Virus record (IMG/VR): IMGVR_UViG_3300021963_000035
Location: 32,001-96,000 of that record
Source: a virus
DNA length: 64,000 nucleotides
Reading direction: 5' to 3' (one strand)
Position 1 is the stretch's first letter. Each line of letters opens with the position of its first letter. A program made the position numbers and the translations under genes. Of the stretch, positions 1 through 10,659 are shown piece by piece. A model generated the notes under the pieces. That model made no database searches. It was not told where the DNA came from and was given only the letters and a program-made list of their open reading frames with translations.

Positions 1-3000
1 TTGCCATTGGCTAGAATTTAAAGTTATAGAACTTCCGTCGCCGTTAATATTCTCAGTGGCTTTCCACAGTTTTCCATTATATACAACTACTTGACCGGTT
101 AGGTAAGTAGCTGATGGACTGAACGTGCCTCTATAAGCAGAATTAACTCCGCCTGCATCATAAGAACTTACAATCAACCATTGTTCATCATTAGTAACAT
201 GAAGATTTGATCCGTACTTGTTAGTTAATTCCGATAAGAACTCGTTAGGTGGGATTAATATCTGCGAACTCTTTAGTCCGTCAGTATCTGGTTTATAAAC
301 AACAACAGCTGAATTTCCATATAAGGAAGCAATCGCTTGTTTTCTTTCTGGTACATAGAATACACTAGTTCCTGCATAAAGAGGAGAAGTTGTACCAAAT
401 TCAAGCACTTTATTATAGGTGTAAACAGAACTTTGTTTTTGTAATACTTCCCAATTTCCTTCTTCGTCATCATCTATAAAAATAGTATCGCCGACTTTTA
501 ATCTTGCTATTGAATTATAATCAGTATCATTCGAAGTTGCAAAACGGCATTCAACAAATCTACCTATATCGATAGCTGAACTATCTTCTGGCAATATCGG
601 TGTTGATGAAGTACCTGCAATTACAAAAGAGAATCTATCAACTGATTTTACTTTATAAAATCCAGTTAAGTTTGTAATACTGGTTAATCCTACGTATTCG
701 TCTACAGACAGATCATGAGGAAAATTTAATACAACAGTAACGTCATTGGTTATATCATCTTTAGTTACAGAATTTAGATCAAATGAAGTTCTTGTATATC
801 TTAGAATACTCCATTGTATATCTTCTGTGTCAAATGTTACCCAAACATGATCTCCGTATTTGACTTCACTTATATTCAAGTCAGGTATATTATCTCTAGA
901 TGATATTGCCCATTGTACCTGATCTACTGCAACATACCCTGCGGTATGAGAAGGAAGTTCGTATTTTTTCTGAGGATTAACATCTGTACTAAACGGAACT
1001 AGTGATATTGAATAAGAATTATTATCAACTCTTATATACTGATCACTTACATCCTGAGAAGGAACATTATTTGTTAACAGTATTGGTTGAGGATTTAATC
1101 TAAATTTTCCAGAATTAAGATAAAACTCAACTTCGTTAAATTGATCTACTCCGCCGAATGTTCCTAGTCTAAATGCCCATTCTTCTTTTAATTGAATACT
1201 ATCAAGTTTTCCATTGCTTAACTTATCAAAGACCTTGGTAATAGAATTAGGAGTTCCTTTTTCTTTTATAAAGCCTTGATACAATTTAAACTGACTGATA
1301 TCATTTTGTGTAAGATTATCAAGATAATCTCTCTTTTGATATCCAATTGCATGTCTTGCTAGGTCTCGCTGGCTTGTGCCAACGCCTTCGGCATCAAGAT
1401 CATAATAATCTTCAAATTGATTAATCTTATAATCAAAGTTTGCTACTAATCCTTTTTCAGGAGTATAATCTAACTTAGTCCACTTTGTTTCGTCGAAAGA
1501 TACTGAACCTACTTGCTTTATTTGGCTGGTCCAATAAAACTCTCTATACTTGACGATGTCTCCTAACTTATAGTCTGTATACTCTTGCCATTTCTTAATA
1601 TTAACATTATCAAACAAGAATCCTGGGCTAGTATAATCTCCATCCCAATCAGTTGTTCTATAACCTATAACTTTCAATCTATCTTGTCTATATCCAGATG
1701 TCTTATCGTACAGAACATCGTTAAAGACTGTCCTGTCGTCAAAAATAACGACGTGCTCTTTTAGCACTAAATTTAAAGTTATAAAATATATCCCGTCAGA
1801 TGTGTCAACTACATCGACAGTCAGAGTCTGATAATCTCTAATAACATTTATATTAGACACTGGTAGTAATGTACCGTCACTCTTTAAAACAGAATAATCG
1901 TAAAAACTATCTAATAAAGATTCGGATACACCTACTCCAAATTTAAATACAAACTTTTTAGCATTAGGACTTAAACTTAATAAAGATCCCTCTGGCCAAT
2001 TATGCTTGGTCCAGAACATAAATTCTTTAACGCTGGTAAACCAATCATTTACTGTTGATAACTCGTAGTTGAATTCATCAAACTGTATGCCTATGCTCTT
2101 AAGATATTGTTCGTATCCAAATATAAAATCAATTACTTCTTGTACAGTGCCTAATACTGTCGAATATGGCAACACGCTAAGTTGTGAAAAATCAAATGTA
2201 TTACGCTTTAATGCTTCTACAGCCCCTTCTTGTGGTAAAGAAGGAATTTGCTTATAATATTCAGATTCGAAACTTGCACCGGCAGTGTGACTCGATATAA
2301 CTCTATAATACTGATTATTATATTTGACTATCTCACCCAAAGCATAATATTTGTTTTCAGTCCAAGTAACAAATGAGGAGGTGATTCCGCCAACGCTGAT
2401 TAATGGATCGCTTTGATTTGATATGGCTTGGTAATAATTAAAATAAGGTCGAACTTTGTCATATCCGTTTATCTTCCAACCTGCTGCGGTTTTTTCTATT
2501 AAAACTGCGCTATAAGATATGGAAGAGAACGGTGATCCTACATTAAAAATTATCTTAAAGTTTTCCTTAGGAACAAATACACTCCTACTAGTTGACTTAG
2601 GATTTTTACTATCTAAGATGTATTGTTGCTGAGATTCATCTACAAACCCAGAAATTTTGTTTGATAGTTTTACATCAATGCTGTTAAATTTGTTTTTTAT
2701 TTCTAGGTAATTCTGAGTTTTCGATTTTGAATAATCTATCAAATAATTTAATAAGCCTGCTGTTTGATTAGAATCAATATCAGGATAGACTATATCTTCG
2801 ATCTTAACAAATTCTTGAGTAGGTTGGTAGATCGGTTGGCCGATTATATTTTTAGATATTCTAAATGTATCTAACGATTTTGTAATAAAATCAAACGGTC
2901 TTAATAAACATAATGTTGATATTACTACAAAAGGATATTCGGAACTTTTTCTCCAGGCATTTTCTACAGGAGCAATATCGCCAAACTTGTACTCTCCTTT

Positions 3001-6000
3001 AGCAAGGACTAAACTAAATTCTTGGGCTAGATTGGATTCTAATGGAGATTGTAGATCTCCGTTTTCATTAACTGGAAGATGTTGTAACAGCGTAGGTCTC
3101 TTATATCTATCGTACTCGCCTGCTCTCGGACCTTGTCGTATAATACCGTCTTTTAAATCTTCCCATAATAATAAATTTCCGCTAGTATATGGGGCTGGTC
3201 CGTATTCCTCTTCCCACCATGTTGGTTTTTCACTAAACCCTAACATTTCCCAAGGACATACGTGAGGTCTATCAGTATCATAGAACCAATCATAGATACC
3301 TCTCCAATAACCTTTAAGATTAATTGTTTGGGTAGATTCTGTCATGTTAGAATAATTGTATGTGAACGAATTACCGTTCTCAAAATAATCATTCTTAATA
3401 TAATCAATGTTTGCTGCCGAAACCCATTTTAAGAAATAGGACGCCATTACAGAATTTGTCTCATCTTTGTTGAATAAAGAATTTCCGTAAAAACCTCCTA
3501 GGTTTTCGTCAATGTTAAAAACTGTTTCCTCATACGATGTTTTGATATTGTTGTAAATTCGTTTTTCTAATTCCAACAATAACTCATCTCTAAAATCATC
3601 ATAAGCAATTGTTACACTACCATCGTGACCTTGAATTACTTTTGTAGGAGTAACATAAGTGTCGTCTACATAAATTCTAGGAGTGAATTTTTTATATAAA
3701 CCTAACTTAGTCGGTGTAGGCGGAATAAAATTAAATGCAGTAGTTGAATACTGACGGATTTCTATAATGTCGCCTTCATTTAAATCTATTGTAACATTTA
3801 TAAATCCAAACGTAGAATCAAAAGTATATTCGCGATCTACTAACAATTGTACACCATTGTGATATACGTAAATGGCGTTTCTAGAAAGGGTCGAAAGATC
3901 AAATTTTTCTGTTAAGGCAAATACTTTTATCTGTCTTTCTACTGTATATTTGAATCCGAAATATGCTCCGCTACCTATCATGTCAGAATCGGCAAACGGA
4001 GAGTCAGCTGTTTTAACTTTGTTTAATTCTTTAAAAATTTGATCAACAAAATCTACTGGATTTAGATCATAATTCAGTTTAACTGCAAGAGTTAAAAAAT
4101 TATTTCTAAATTCAGAATATGATCTCCTAGCAAAATCTAAAGATTTAATAATATTTGTATTCTTATCACAGATCAATGTAATAGCGATCGGAGACAAACT
4201 AGCATGTTTGAGGAATCGTCGACCGTAATGTTGGTAATCTGATATATCTCTAAGATTAGAAGTTCCTGGAAAATTCCCACTAAACTCTTCGGTTATCTCT
4301 ACCATCGATCTTAAATGATCTAACGCTTGCCCAAAGGTAAATGAAGTTAGATCCTGATTTAATGGATTATTTTCTAATGTTGGAGGAATTTCATAATACC
4401 CTTGGTCAGGTACTGCATCAGTCCAAATTTTAATTGTAATAACTTCGCCGGCACTAAATGTATCTTCAAAAGTAAAGTCTCTATTATTAAGACCAGATCT
4501 AACATATCGGCCATTGTAAATATTTCCGTTTCTATAAAAAACGATTTTTTCTCTAGTAACCTGTTCCCAGAAAATAGTGTTAAATCTAATAGTATTTGTG
4601 CTAATACTTAATACAATACTATCAATAACTGGTTGTAGATATAGCGTATCAGTTTCAATCCAGGTATTTGAATATGTTACATTAGTTGAATCAACATTGG
4701 TTCTTAAAAATCCGCTGCTGATTTTCTTTTCTACTATTGATGTTGTTTGGTACTGGAACATATCACTGTCCCAAGTAGCATCAAATAATATATCACCTAT
4801 GTTATCAATATTAAGATAACTCAGGCTAAATCCTAATTCAACGTCAGATACACTTGATCCGACCTTATATGTTAATACTGTAGTTCCTTTGAACTTGCTT
4901 GACGGATAATAGGTTTCATTAGAAAAACTATAACCATCGCTGTCATATACATCAAATAAAGGAGCTTGATTTACTGCTGTCTTTAGTTGGCTTAAAGTCC
5001 AGGTAGTACCATCAAAATGGTACATTCTTCCGCCGTTGTCTTGTCCAAACTTTACAAGAACACAATCGCCAGATACACTGACTGCGTCCTCTTCTTCAAC
5101 TAGATGAATCTGTTTTCCTGTGATTCCGCTGTACTGAGTCTTTATAAAAGTTACTCTATAGATTTTATTTTTTACTAAACTATCAGTATCAGCTGTGAAT
5201 AAAACTCTGGCGCCTTCAAATAAATCAACGCCTTCAATGTTATAACCTGCAGAACCTTCTATAATACTAAATGCGTCAGATGTAAACACATCGATAAGGT
5301 CAATATCTTTCTTAGCGAAGCTACCGTGATTGAATAATTGAAGATCTGGTTTAAATTCTATAATTGGTCTTTTAGCCCTAGCCGACTCTGGTAAATCAAA
5401 AGTTGTGCCATTAAAAGTATGAGAGTATTCTAGAACACTCTTATGAAACCATCTATTGTATCTACTCCAAGGATTACTATCTACACTAGATTTATTAATA
5501 GTAATATAATCTTTGTCTAGAGGATATGAAGTAGCATCATCAAAAGGAACAGTGTCAAATCCTTCGTTATCAAAAACTATTTCGCCAGTTGAAGCTATTA
5601 ATGCTGGCGTCGATATTGTGTCAAATCTAATTAATCGAATTCCAACGCCGACACCTTCAACTAACCAAGTGCCTTTAGAATACTCTTCAGGAAATACTTG
5701 TCCAGAAAACTGGACTACTAATCCATTAGTAAATGTTACATTATTTGAACTCTTATAAGTTAACTTTTTTAATATTTCTTTTTCTACATCAAGTGTTGTG
5801 TTTTCATTAATATTCTTAACTAAGAATCTTCCTGTTCTTCCCGGTTCTTGATCGCTAACATAAAAAAGAATATCAGGAGATCCGTAAGGAACTGTGAAAG
5901 TAATCTTTCCAACTTCGATTCCGTTGTTAGTTACACCGGCACTATAATAATTTCTTTTATCTAAAGTAGTTTGTTCCCAATCCTGACTGTTTGAGTCAAT

Positions 6001-6768
6001 TGAGCTACCGTCACCGTTAATGTTAGTTTTTGCTCTCCATAACTTGCCAGCAAATTCTACAACATCTCCAACACGATAATACATGTTAGGATTAAACTCC
6101 CCAGACACATATTCTAAACCATTTGATGTTCTAATAGAAAATTTGTTTCTAGGAGAATTTACATCAAAGATATATGTCTGTCCTCTGTATAGTACAACAT
6201 CAGGATTTGCTGTTAATCCGTCCGGATTAAAAACCCAAGCAGGTAAATCTCCAACTGTTTGTGCTCTAACTTTATATTCGGATGTTATATTCTGGGCTTG
6301 ACCTTCTACTGTGACCACAGGAGGTCCATTGACTGCCCAATAGTATTCTCTAAAGTTTGAAAACTTATCCCAGTCAATCGGAGGATTCCAGGAATAGCTT
6401 TCTGTTTGTGTGATTAAATTATCTTTCTCGATAGAGTTACCAAAAAAGTTTAGTTGATTTTTAAAGTCTAGATAATCGTAAAATGTCGAAACATTATCGT
6501 CATCGTCAACAGTTACTATGCCTGGCTCTAATTGATATCTACTTCTAAGAGTATTATCAGTATCTAGGTAAACATCAGTGCTATTATAGGTCTTACCGTA
6601 TCTTCTGCCTACAAAACCAGATAATTTTTCTAACACTCCCGGTTGTACAAGAGGATCAAGTGTTCCTCCTAAAAACTTAGAGTTGTTACCTGTCTGAAAG
6701 ATCTTTGGTAGGAGATCAACTGTCCTTCTGATCTTAATACCACTTTGTGTAAAAACTTTTTCGGTCAT
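1..6768 (-). CDS. Giant virion/baseplate wedge protein, partial (at least 2256 aa, runs off the window start)
   Basis: ATG at 6768, 1 nt after the gp6 stop, reading MTEKVFTQSGIKIRRTVDLLPKIFQT. The same frame reads ...NGDGSSITLNSSQWQ at position 1. Its absence from the ORF track fits an ORF with no stop before the edge. Function inferred from position after gp6. Confidence 0.8.
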   Translation of the reverse strand, partial: MTEKVFTQSGIKIRRTVDLLPKIFQTGNNSKFLGGTLDPLVQPGVLEKLSGFVGRRYGKTYNSTDVYLDTDNTLRSRYQLEPGIVTVDDDDNVSTFYDYLDFKNQLNFFGNSIEKDNLITQTESYSWNPPIDWDKFSNFREYYWAVNGPPVVTVEGQAQNITSEYKVRAQTVGDLPAWVFNPDGLTANPDVVLYRGQTYIFDVNSPRNKFSIRTSNGLEYVSGEFNPNMYYRVGDVVEFAGKLWRAKTNINGDGSSIDSNSQDWEQTTLDKRNYYSAGVTNNGIEVGKITFTVPYGSPDILFYVSDQEPGRTGRFLVKNINENTTLDVEKEILKKLTYKSSNNVTFTNGLVVQFSGQVFPEEYSKGTWLVEGVGVGIRLIRFDTISTPALIASTGEIVFDNEGFDTVPFDDATSYPLDKDYITINKSSVDSNPWSRYNRWFHKSVLEYSHTFNGTTFDLPESARAKRPIIEFKPDLQLFNHGSFAKKDIDLIDVFTSDAFSIIEGSAGYNIEGVDLFEGARVLFTADTDSLVKNKIYRVTFIKTQYSGITGKQIHLVEEEDAVSVSGDCVLVKFGQDNGGRMYHFDGTTWTLSQLKTAVNQAPLFDVYDSDGYSFSNETYYPSSKFKGTTVLTYKVGSSVSDVELGFSLSYLNIDNIGDILFDATWDSDMFQYQTTSIVEKKISSGFLRTNVDSTNVTYSNTWIETDTLYLQPVIDSIVLSISTNTIRFNTIFWEQVTREKIVFYRNGNIYNGRYVRSGLNNRDFTFEDTFSAGEVITIKIWTDAVPDQGYYEIPPTLENNPLNQDLTSFTFGQALDHLRSMVEITEEFSGNFPGTSNLRDISDYQHYGRRFLKHASLSPIAITLICDKNTNIIKSLDFARRSYSEFRNNFLTLAVKLNYDLNPVDFVDQIFKELNKVKTADSPFADSDMIGSGAYFGFKYTVERQIKVFALTEKFDLSTLSRNAIYVYHNGVQLLVDREYTFDSTFGFINVTIDLNEGDIIEIRQYSTTAFNFIPPTPTKLGLYKKFTPRIYVDDTYVTPTKVIQGHDGSVTIAYDDFRDELLLELEKRIYNNIKTSYEETVFNIDENLGGFYGNSLFNKDETNSVMASYFLKWVSAANIDYIKNDYFENGNSFTYNYSNMTESTQTINLKGYWRGIYDWFYDTDRPHVCPWEMLGFSEKPTWWEEEYGPAPYTSGNLLLWEDLKDGIIRQGPRAGEYDRYKRPTLLQHLPVNENGDLQSPLESNLAQEFSLVLAKGEYKFGDIAPVENAWRKSSEYPFVVISTLCLLRPFDFITKSLDTFRISKNIIGQPIYQPTQEFVKIEDIVYPDIDSNQTAGLLNYLIDYSKSKTQNYLEIKNKFNSIDVKLSNKISGFVDESQQQYILDSKNPKSTSRSVFVPKENFKIIFNVGSPFSSISYSAVLIEKTAAGWKINGYDKVRPYFNYYQAISNQSDPLISVGGITSSFVTWTENKYYALGEIVKYNNQYYRVISSHTAGASFESEYYKQIPSLPQEGAVEALKRNTFDFSQLSVLPYSTVLGTVQEVIDFIFGYEQYLKSIGIQFDEFNYELSTVNDWFTSVKEFMFWTKHNWPEGSLLSLSPNAKKFVFKFGVGVSESLLDSFYDYSVLKSDGTLLPVSNINVIRDYQTLTVDVVDTSDGIYFITLNLVLKEHVVIFDDRTVFNDVLYDKTSGYRQDRLKVIGYRTTDWDGDYTSPGFLFDNVNIKKWQEYTDYKLGDIVKYREFYWTSQIKQVGSVSFDETKWTKLDYTPEKGLVANFDYKINQFEDYYDLDAEGVGTSQRDLARHAIGYQKRDYLDNLTQNDISQFKLYQGFIKEKGTPNSITKVFDKLSNGKLDSIQLKEEWAFRLGTFGGVDQFNEVEFYLNSGKFRLNPQPILLTNNVPSQDVSDQYIRVDNNSYSISLVPFSTDVNPQKKYELPSHTAGYVAVDQVQWAISSRDNIPDLNISEVKYGDHVWVTFDTEDIQWSILRYTRTSFDLNSVTKDDITNDVTVVLNFPHDLSVDEYVGLTSITNLTGFYKVKSVDRFSFVIAGTSSTPILPEDSSAIDIGRFVECRFATSNDTDYNSIARLKVGDTIFIDDDEEGNWEVLQKQSSVYTYNKVLEFGTTSPLYAGTSVFYVPERKQAIASLYGNSAVVVYKPDTDGLKSSQILIPPNEFLSELTNKYGSNLHVTNDEQWLIVSSYDAGGVNSAYRGTFSPSATYLTGQVVVYNGKLWKATENINGDGSSITLNSSQWQ

Positions 6769-6769
6769 C

Positions 6770-9700
6770 TTATTGGCTCGTATTGCTAATTATAGAATTA
6801 GAATCTAGATTCATTTCTGCGGCAGTAATAGATTCAACTATTATGATATCATCTACTGTTGCTGCACTAATAAAAATTTCGTCTTGTCTTGATTGTATTT
6901 CAAATAAACTACCAAATTTCTGAGTGGATTGTTTTGGTACTAAAACAAAATTGCTTATGTCTGGAGATAGTTGATTTATTACATATGTGGCCATTTCTGT
7001 AAAATAGAATTTATCTCCAAAGTCCCAACCGTCTACATTAAAGAACTCGTTGATAGCAGCTATTATTCTTACCTTTACATCATTATCACTTATAGTTTTA
7101 TTAGGATTTTTTACTACCTTGAACTGTGCTTGAAACTGTATATCTGCTTTTGAACCAAACAAAGGCTTGAACTGCACAGGATGATAAATGATTTCATCAC
7201 TTACTGATTTGATTGCATTTAACCCAGAACCAAACTGTATTCTTAATTGATCGCTATTAGACAATAATGGTTTTGTAGAATACCCAGATAGATAATTTCT
7301 AAATTCAGTGTCATATGCTCTTGTTAAAATATAAACATCAATTATGTTGCTAACGCTAGGATCAATTCTTCTGTCAACTCCTGCATTATGAATGTATTGA
7401 AATTTAACATTATCTCTTCCTAGATTTGCTCTATAAGAACTATCTATAACAAATGTGTTAGTTGACTTGTCAACCCGTTTAACAACGTCCTCAGTTTGAT
7501 CGTAAAAATATACTAGGTCGCCGTCATTGTAGGAATTAATATTAACAAGGTTAGTTCTGCTGGCGATTTTAATAGCACCAGAAGAATTATCAATATACTG
7601 ATAATAAGTAGCGCCATATTCATCTATAGATTTTTTAAAGAAAATATACTTTAGATTATCGTCGCTACCTGCGATTATTTCAAATGATTCCGGATTATCA
7701 ACAACTCCGTCGTCGTCGCTATCAAAGAACGCTAATTTGACACTAGATGTACTTTGATAACCATCATCAAATCTAACATTATCAACTATTTCAAACTTAA
7801 TATCATTTTTAACAGGATATATTTTGTTATAATCTGTATTAATGCCCAAGATGTTTACTTGATCTTTTACAACCTGCTTGGTTTTTGTGTCGAATACTTT
7901 TTGTCTATTGTCAAAATAAAATCTATTTTGCTTTAGACTTTCAAAAACATAATCTAATTCTCTTACGTGTACATTAAATTTAATACCGTCATATACAAAT
8001 GCTAAGATCCAAGAACTATCTAAATTTAGACCTGTTGTGTCACCTGCTGTACCTGCACTAAAAAATTGTGAAGTAGTGTTAAGATTACTGGCTGTTATTA
8101 TTTTCCAATCTCGATCAGCAACACTGTATCTCAGACCAAAATTTGAATAATTGTTCATTAGATTTAATACTTCTGTCTCTAAGGCATCTCCGATATTAGT
8201 GATAAATTTTGGAATTACTCTAGATATAACAGAATCGGTTGGTACAGTATCGCTGAATGTAATTGGACCTTTTCCGTTGGCTAGCACACCTCTATTAGCG
8301 TTCGTTCCATCCCCTACTACACTTACAACTTTAACCCATAATCTGTCTTTCTGTTCCCAATCTGATAGATCGAGATCAACTAAAGTACCATTTTTAAAAG
8401 CTTTACCTGTAGGTGGAACAAATTTAACTAATGATCCTGCTTCAATGTATTTTAAATTTGTAGATGTATAATTTCCAACTTTTAATTTTGTAGAATCATT
8501 TACATTTCTAAAATATCCTGTACTAGAATCGCCGTCGGATGTTATCTGTAACCAATGAATGTTTAAGTCACCAAACAGAATTTTATCAAACTTACCTAAA
8601 TAAAAATTGTAAACTCCGGCACTGCTAATTGCAGGTTCAACGACTTGTCTTATAAAATTAACTATCTCAGATTTAGATTTAAATTTTAAAGAAAACGCTT
8701 TTTCTAATTCGTGTTTATATATTAATCCGTCATCTGCAAACACGTTAATCTTAGAATATTTTCCTGTTGCATCGACTATGTCAAAGTTCCTGCTAATTCC
8801 GCTAGATGTTCTATTGATTGCTTTTACTTTCAATACATCTTGGCTGGCAGACAAAGGAGCAAGGTTATAATCCTCACCAGTAATCATTCTATTTTGTGTA
8901 TAGTATAATGCAGGCGCTTTTGATCTAATGCTGCTAACTGTTTCTGATGCTGCGGCATTGTTGACAGTATATTTTAAACTTAATGTAAAAGTTAAAGTAT
9001 GCGGTGTTCCAGCTGCATTGACATATGGAACACTTACAGAAATGCCCCTCATTTCGTTAGGAGAAATAGAATAGGTTAAACCATTACTAACTCTGTAGTA
9101 CACTCTAAATGCGCCTTGAGGAAGATTTCCATATATGCCATCAGAAAATTGTAGTTCAATTTTATCATTTGCTGTTGTAACTACTGTAAAAATATTTCTA
9201 ATATCTTTACTAATACTGTTATAAATGATATTATTTCCGCTCAGCGAAGGTACTTTAGTCCATTCGTCTGTTTGTAACCCATTAGAATCTAATCTGTACA
9301 ACCAAACATCATCGTCATTAATGTTTGCACTATCAACTGAAACTCTTTCGTTAGTAGTAGGCTGAGCAATATTAAAATCTGCTAACTCTAAACTACCCTG
9401 TTTGAACATTAAAAAGAATCCGGTACCGGCGCTGGCTGCACCCTTACCATCAGATCTAAAAATAAATCCTAACTGATTGCCAGGAACTGGCGATTCTTCA
9501 GATATCTTCTCGCCGTCTGGGAATGCTGTACTTACTATTTCAAAGGCTGTAGATCTTGACGAAACAGCTCGGCTATAAGAATAAATTGGAACATCAGTTG
9601 TGTTAGTGTTGAACCTATATTGTTGGGTAGTTATACCATCTATAACTGCTTCTCCCTGACTGTTTCCAAATTGTGTATTTTCTGCCATTGCAGAATTTAA

Positions 9701-10177
9701 GACTAGTATGAATTGCTCATACCAATTGTTATTTGTAGGATCATTCCAAACTATAATTTGTTGGGATAGATTTTTACCATTACTGTCAACTATTGATTCT
9801 GTAGTACTAACAGTGTCAAATTTTAATAACCCAGATGCAGCCTTGCATCTCTTGGCGTTATAAGACAGCATACGAGCTAGACGTAGTACGCTTTCTTTTC
9901 TATCAGCTATATCGATAAAGTTTTCTCTAGATGCTAAGTCGATTCGAAAACTTAAACTCTGGCCTAGAAATGCGATAGCATCGATCAATGCGAGATATTC
10001 GCTCGATTCGATAAAGTCGTTAAAATCTTCGGGGTAATTTTCTTGAAGATAAGTGATAATAACTCTACGAAGATTTTCAAAATCGTAAGATTTAAAATCA
10101 GCATTTTTAAATGTCTGATATATTCGTTTCCAATCTTCTGCTAGAATTAAATTATTTTGTCTACTAGTTGTGGTCAT
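6770..10177 (-). CDS. gp6: Baseplate wedge subunit, T4 gp6-like
   Basis: N-terminal DFENLR..YL..NYPEDFNDFIESSE.LALID and QNRMITGEDY motifs; adjacent to gp25. Confidence 0.88.
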   Translation of the reverse strand: MTTTSRQNNLILAEDWKRIYQTFKNADFKSYDFENLRRVIITYLQENYPEDFNDFIESSEYLALIDAIAFLGQSLSFRIDLASRENFIDIADRKESVLRLARMLSYNAKRCKAASGLLKFDTVSTTESIVDSNGKNLSQQIIVWNDPTNNNWYEQFILVLNSAMAENTQFGNSQGEAVIDGITTQQYRFNTNTTDVPIYSYSRAVSSRSTAFEIVSTAFPDGEKISEESPVPGNQLGFIFRSDGKGAASAGTGFFLMFKQGSLELADFNIAQPTTNERVSVDSANINDDDVWLYRLDSNGLQTDEWTKVPSLSGNNIIYNSISKDIRNIFTVVTTANDKIELQFSDGIYGNLPQGAFRVYYRVSNGLTYSISPNEMRGISVSVPYVNAAGTPHTLTFTLSLKYTVNNAAASETVSSIRSKAPALYYTQNRMITGEDYNLAPLSASQDVLKVKAINRTSSGISRNFDIVDATGKYSKINVFADDGLIYKHELEKAFSLKFKSKSEIVNFIRQVVEPAISSAGVYNFYLGKFDKILFGDLNIHWLQITSDGDSSTGYFRNVNDSTKLKVGNYTSTNLKYIEAGSLVKFVPPTGKAFKNGTLVDLDLSDWEQKDRLWVKVVSVVGDGTNANRGVLANGKGPITFSDTVPTDSVISRVIPKFITNIGDALETEVLNLMNNYSNFGLRYSVADRDWKIITASNLNTTSQFFSAGTAGDTTGLNLDSSWILAFVYDGIKFNVHVRELDYVFESLKQNRFYFDNRQKVFDTKTKQVVKDQVNILGINTDYNKIYPVKNDIKFEIVDNVRFDDGYQSTSSVKLAFFDSDDDGVVDNPESFEIIAGSDDNLKYIFFKKSIDEYGATYYQYIDNSSGAIKIASRTNLVNINSYNDGDLVYFYDQTEDVVKRVDKSTNTFVIDSSYRANLGRDNVKFQYIHNAGVDRRIDPSVSNIIDVYILTRAYDTEFRNYLSGYSTKPLLSNSDQLRIQFGSGLNAIKSVSDEIIYHPVQFKPLFGSKADIQFQAQFKVVKNPNKTISDNDVKVRIIAAINEFFNVDGWDFGDKFYFTEMATYVINQLSPDISNFVLVPKQSTQKFGSLFEIQSRQDEIFISAATVDDIIIVESITAAEMNLDSNSIISNTSQ

Positions 10178-10218
10178 TTTTCTTATCCTATCACATATTT
10201 ACCCAATAAAATTAAGTG

Positions 10219-10659
10219 CTATGTTAATAAATTATTGTCTCTACTAAAAGTAAAAGCCATTTTTTCACTAACGTTAAATGGCAAATAAACTGCATCAATA
10301 ATGATCTGTATCCCTACTTGAGTTGCATCAACTGTAACTTGTTGAATAGCAATCCTAGGATCCGAATTAACTATTGCCTCAACATCTTTAATGATGATAT
10401 TTTTATTTGTTTCAGTCATTGGTTCAAATAACATGTCCCATATTATTGTACCGTACCCTGGTTTTTCTAGCTTTTCACCTTTTCTTATATGAAAATGATT
10501 AATCAAATCTTGTTTTACTAGAGCAATATCATACAATTTAAAATTCTTAGTAGTTTGATTAGAGCTAAACCCTCTGTAGGTATATTTTCCAGAATTATTG
10601 TCTCCAACTGCTGCTACTCTGCTAGATACTTTCTTTTGATTATATAATTTGTTTGCCAT
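10219..10659 (-). CDS. gp25: Baseplate wedge protein, gp25-like
   Basis: LVKQDLINHFHIRKGEK..PGYGTIIWDMLFEP...DPRI pattern; 146 aa; lies between gp5 and gp6. Confidence 0.88.
   Translation of the reverse strand: MANKLYNQKKVSSRVAAVGDNNSGKYTYRGFSSNQTTKNFKLYDIALVKQDLINHFHIRKGEKLEKPGYGTIIWDMLFEPMTETNKNIIIKDVEAIVNSDPRIAIQQVTVDATQVGIQIIIDAVYLPFNVSEKMAFTFSRDNNLLT

Noticed and set aside
273-6301. Short ORFs listed inside the first 6.8 kb, and similar antisense ORFs within the fibre genes
   Set aside because: Shadow frames of long genuine genes.
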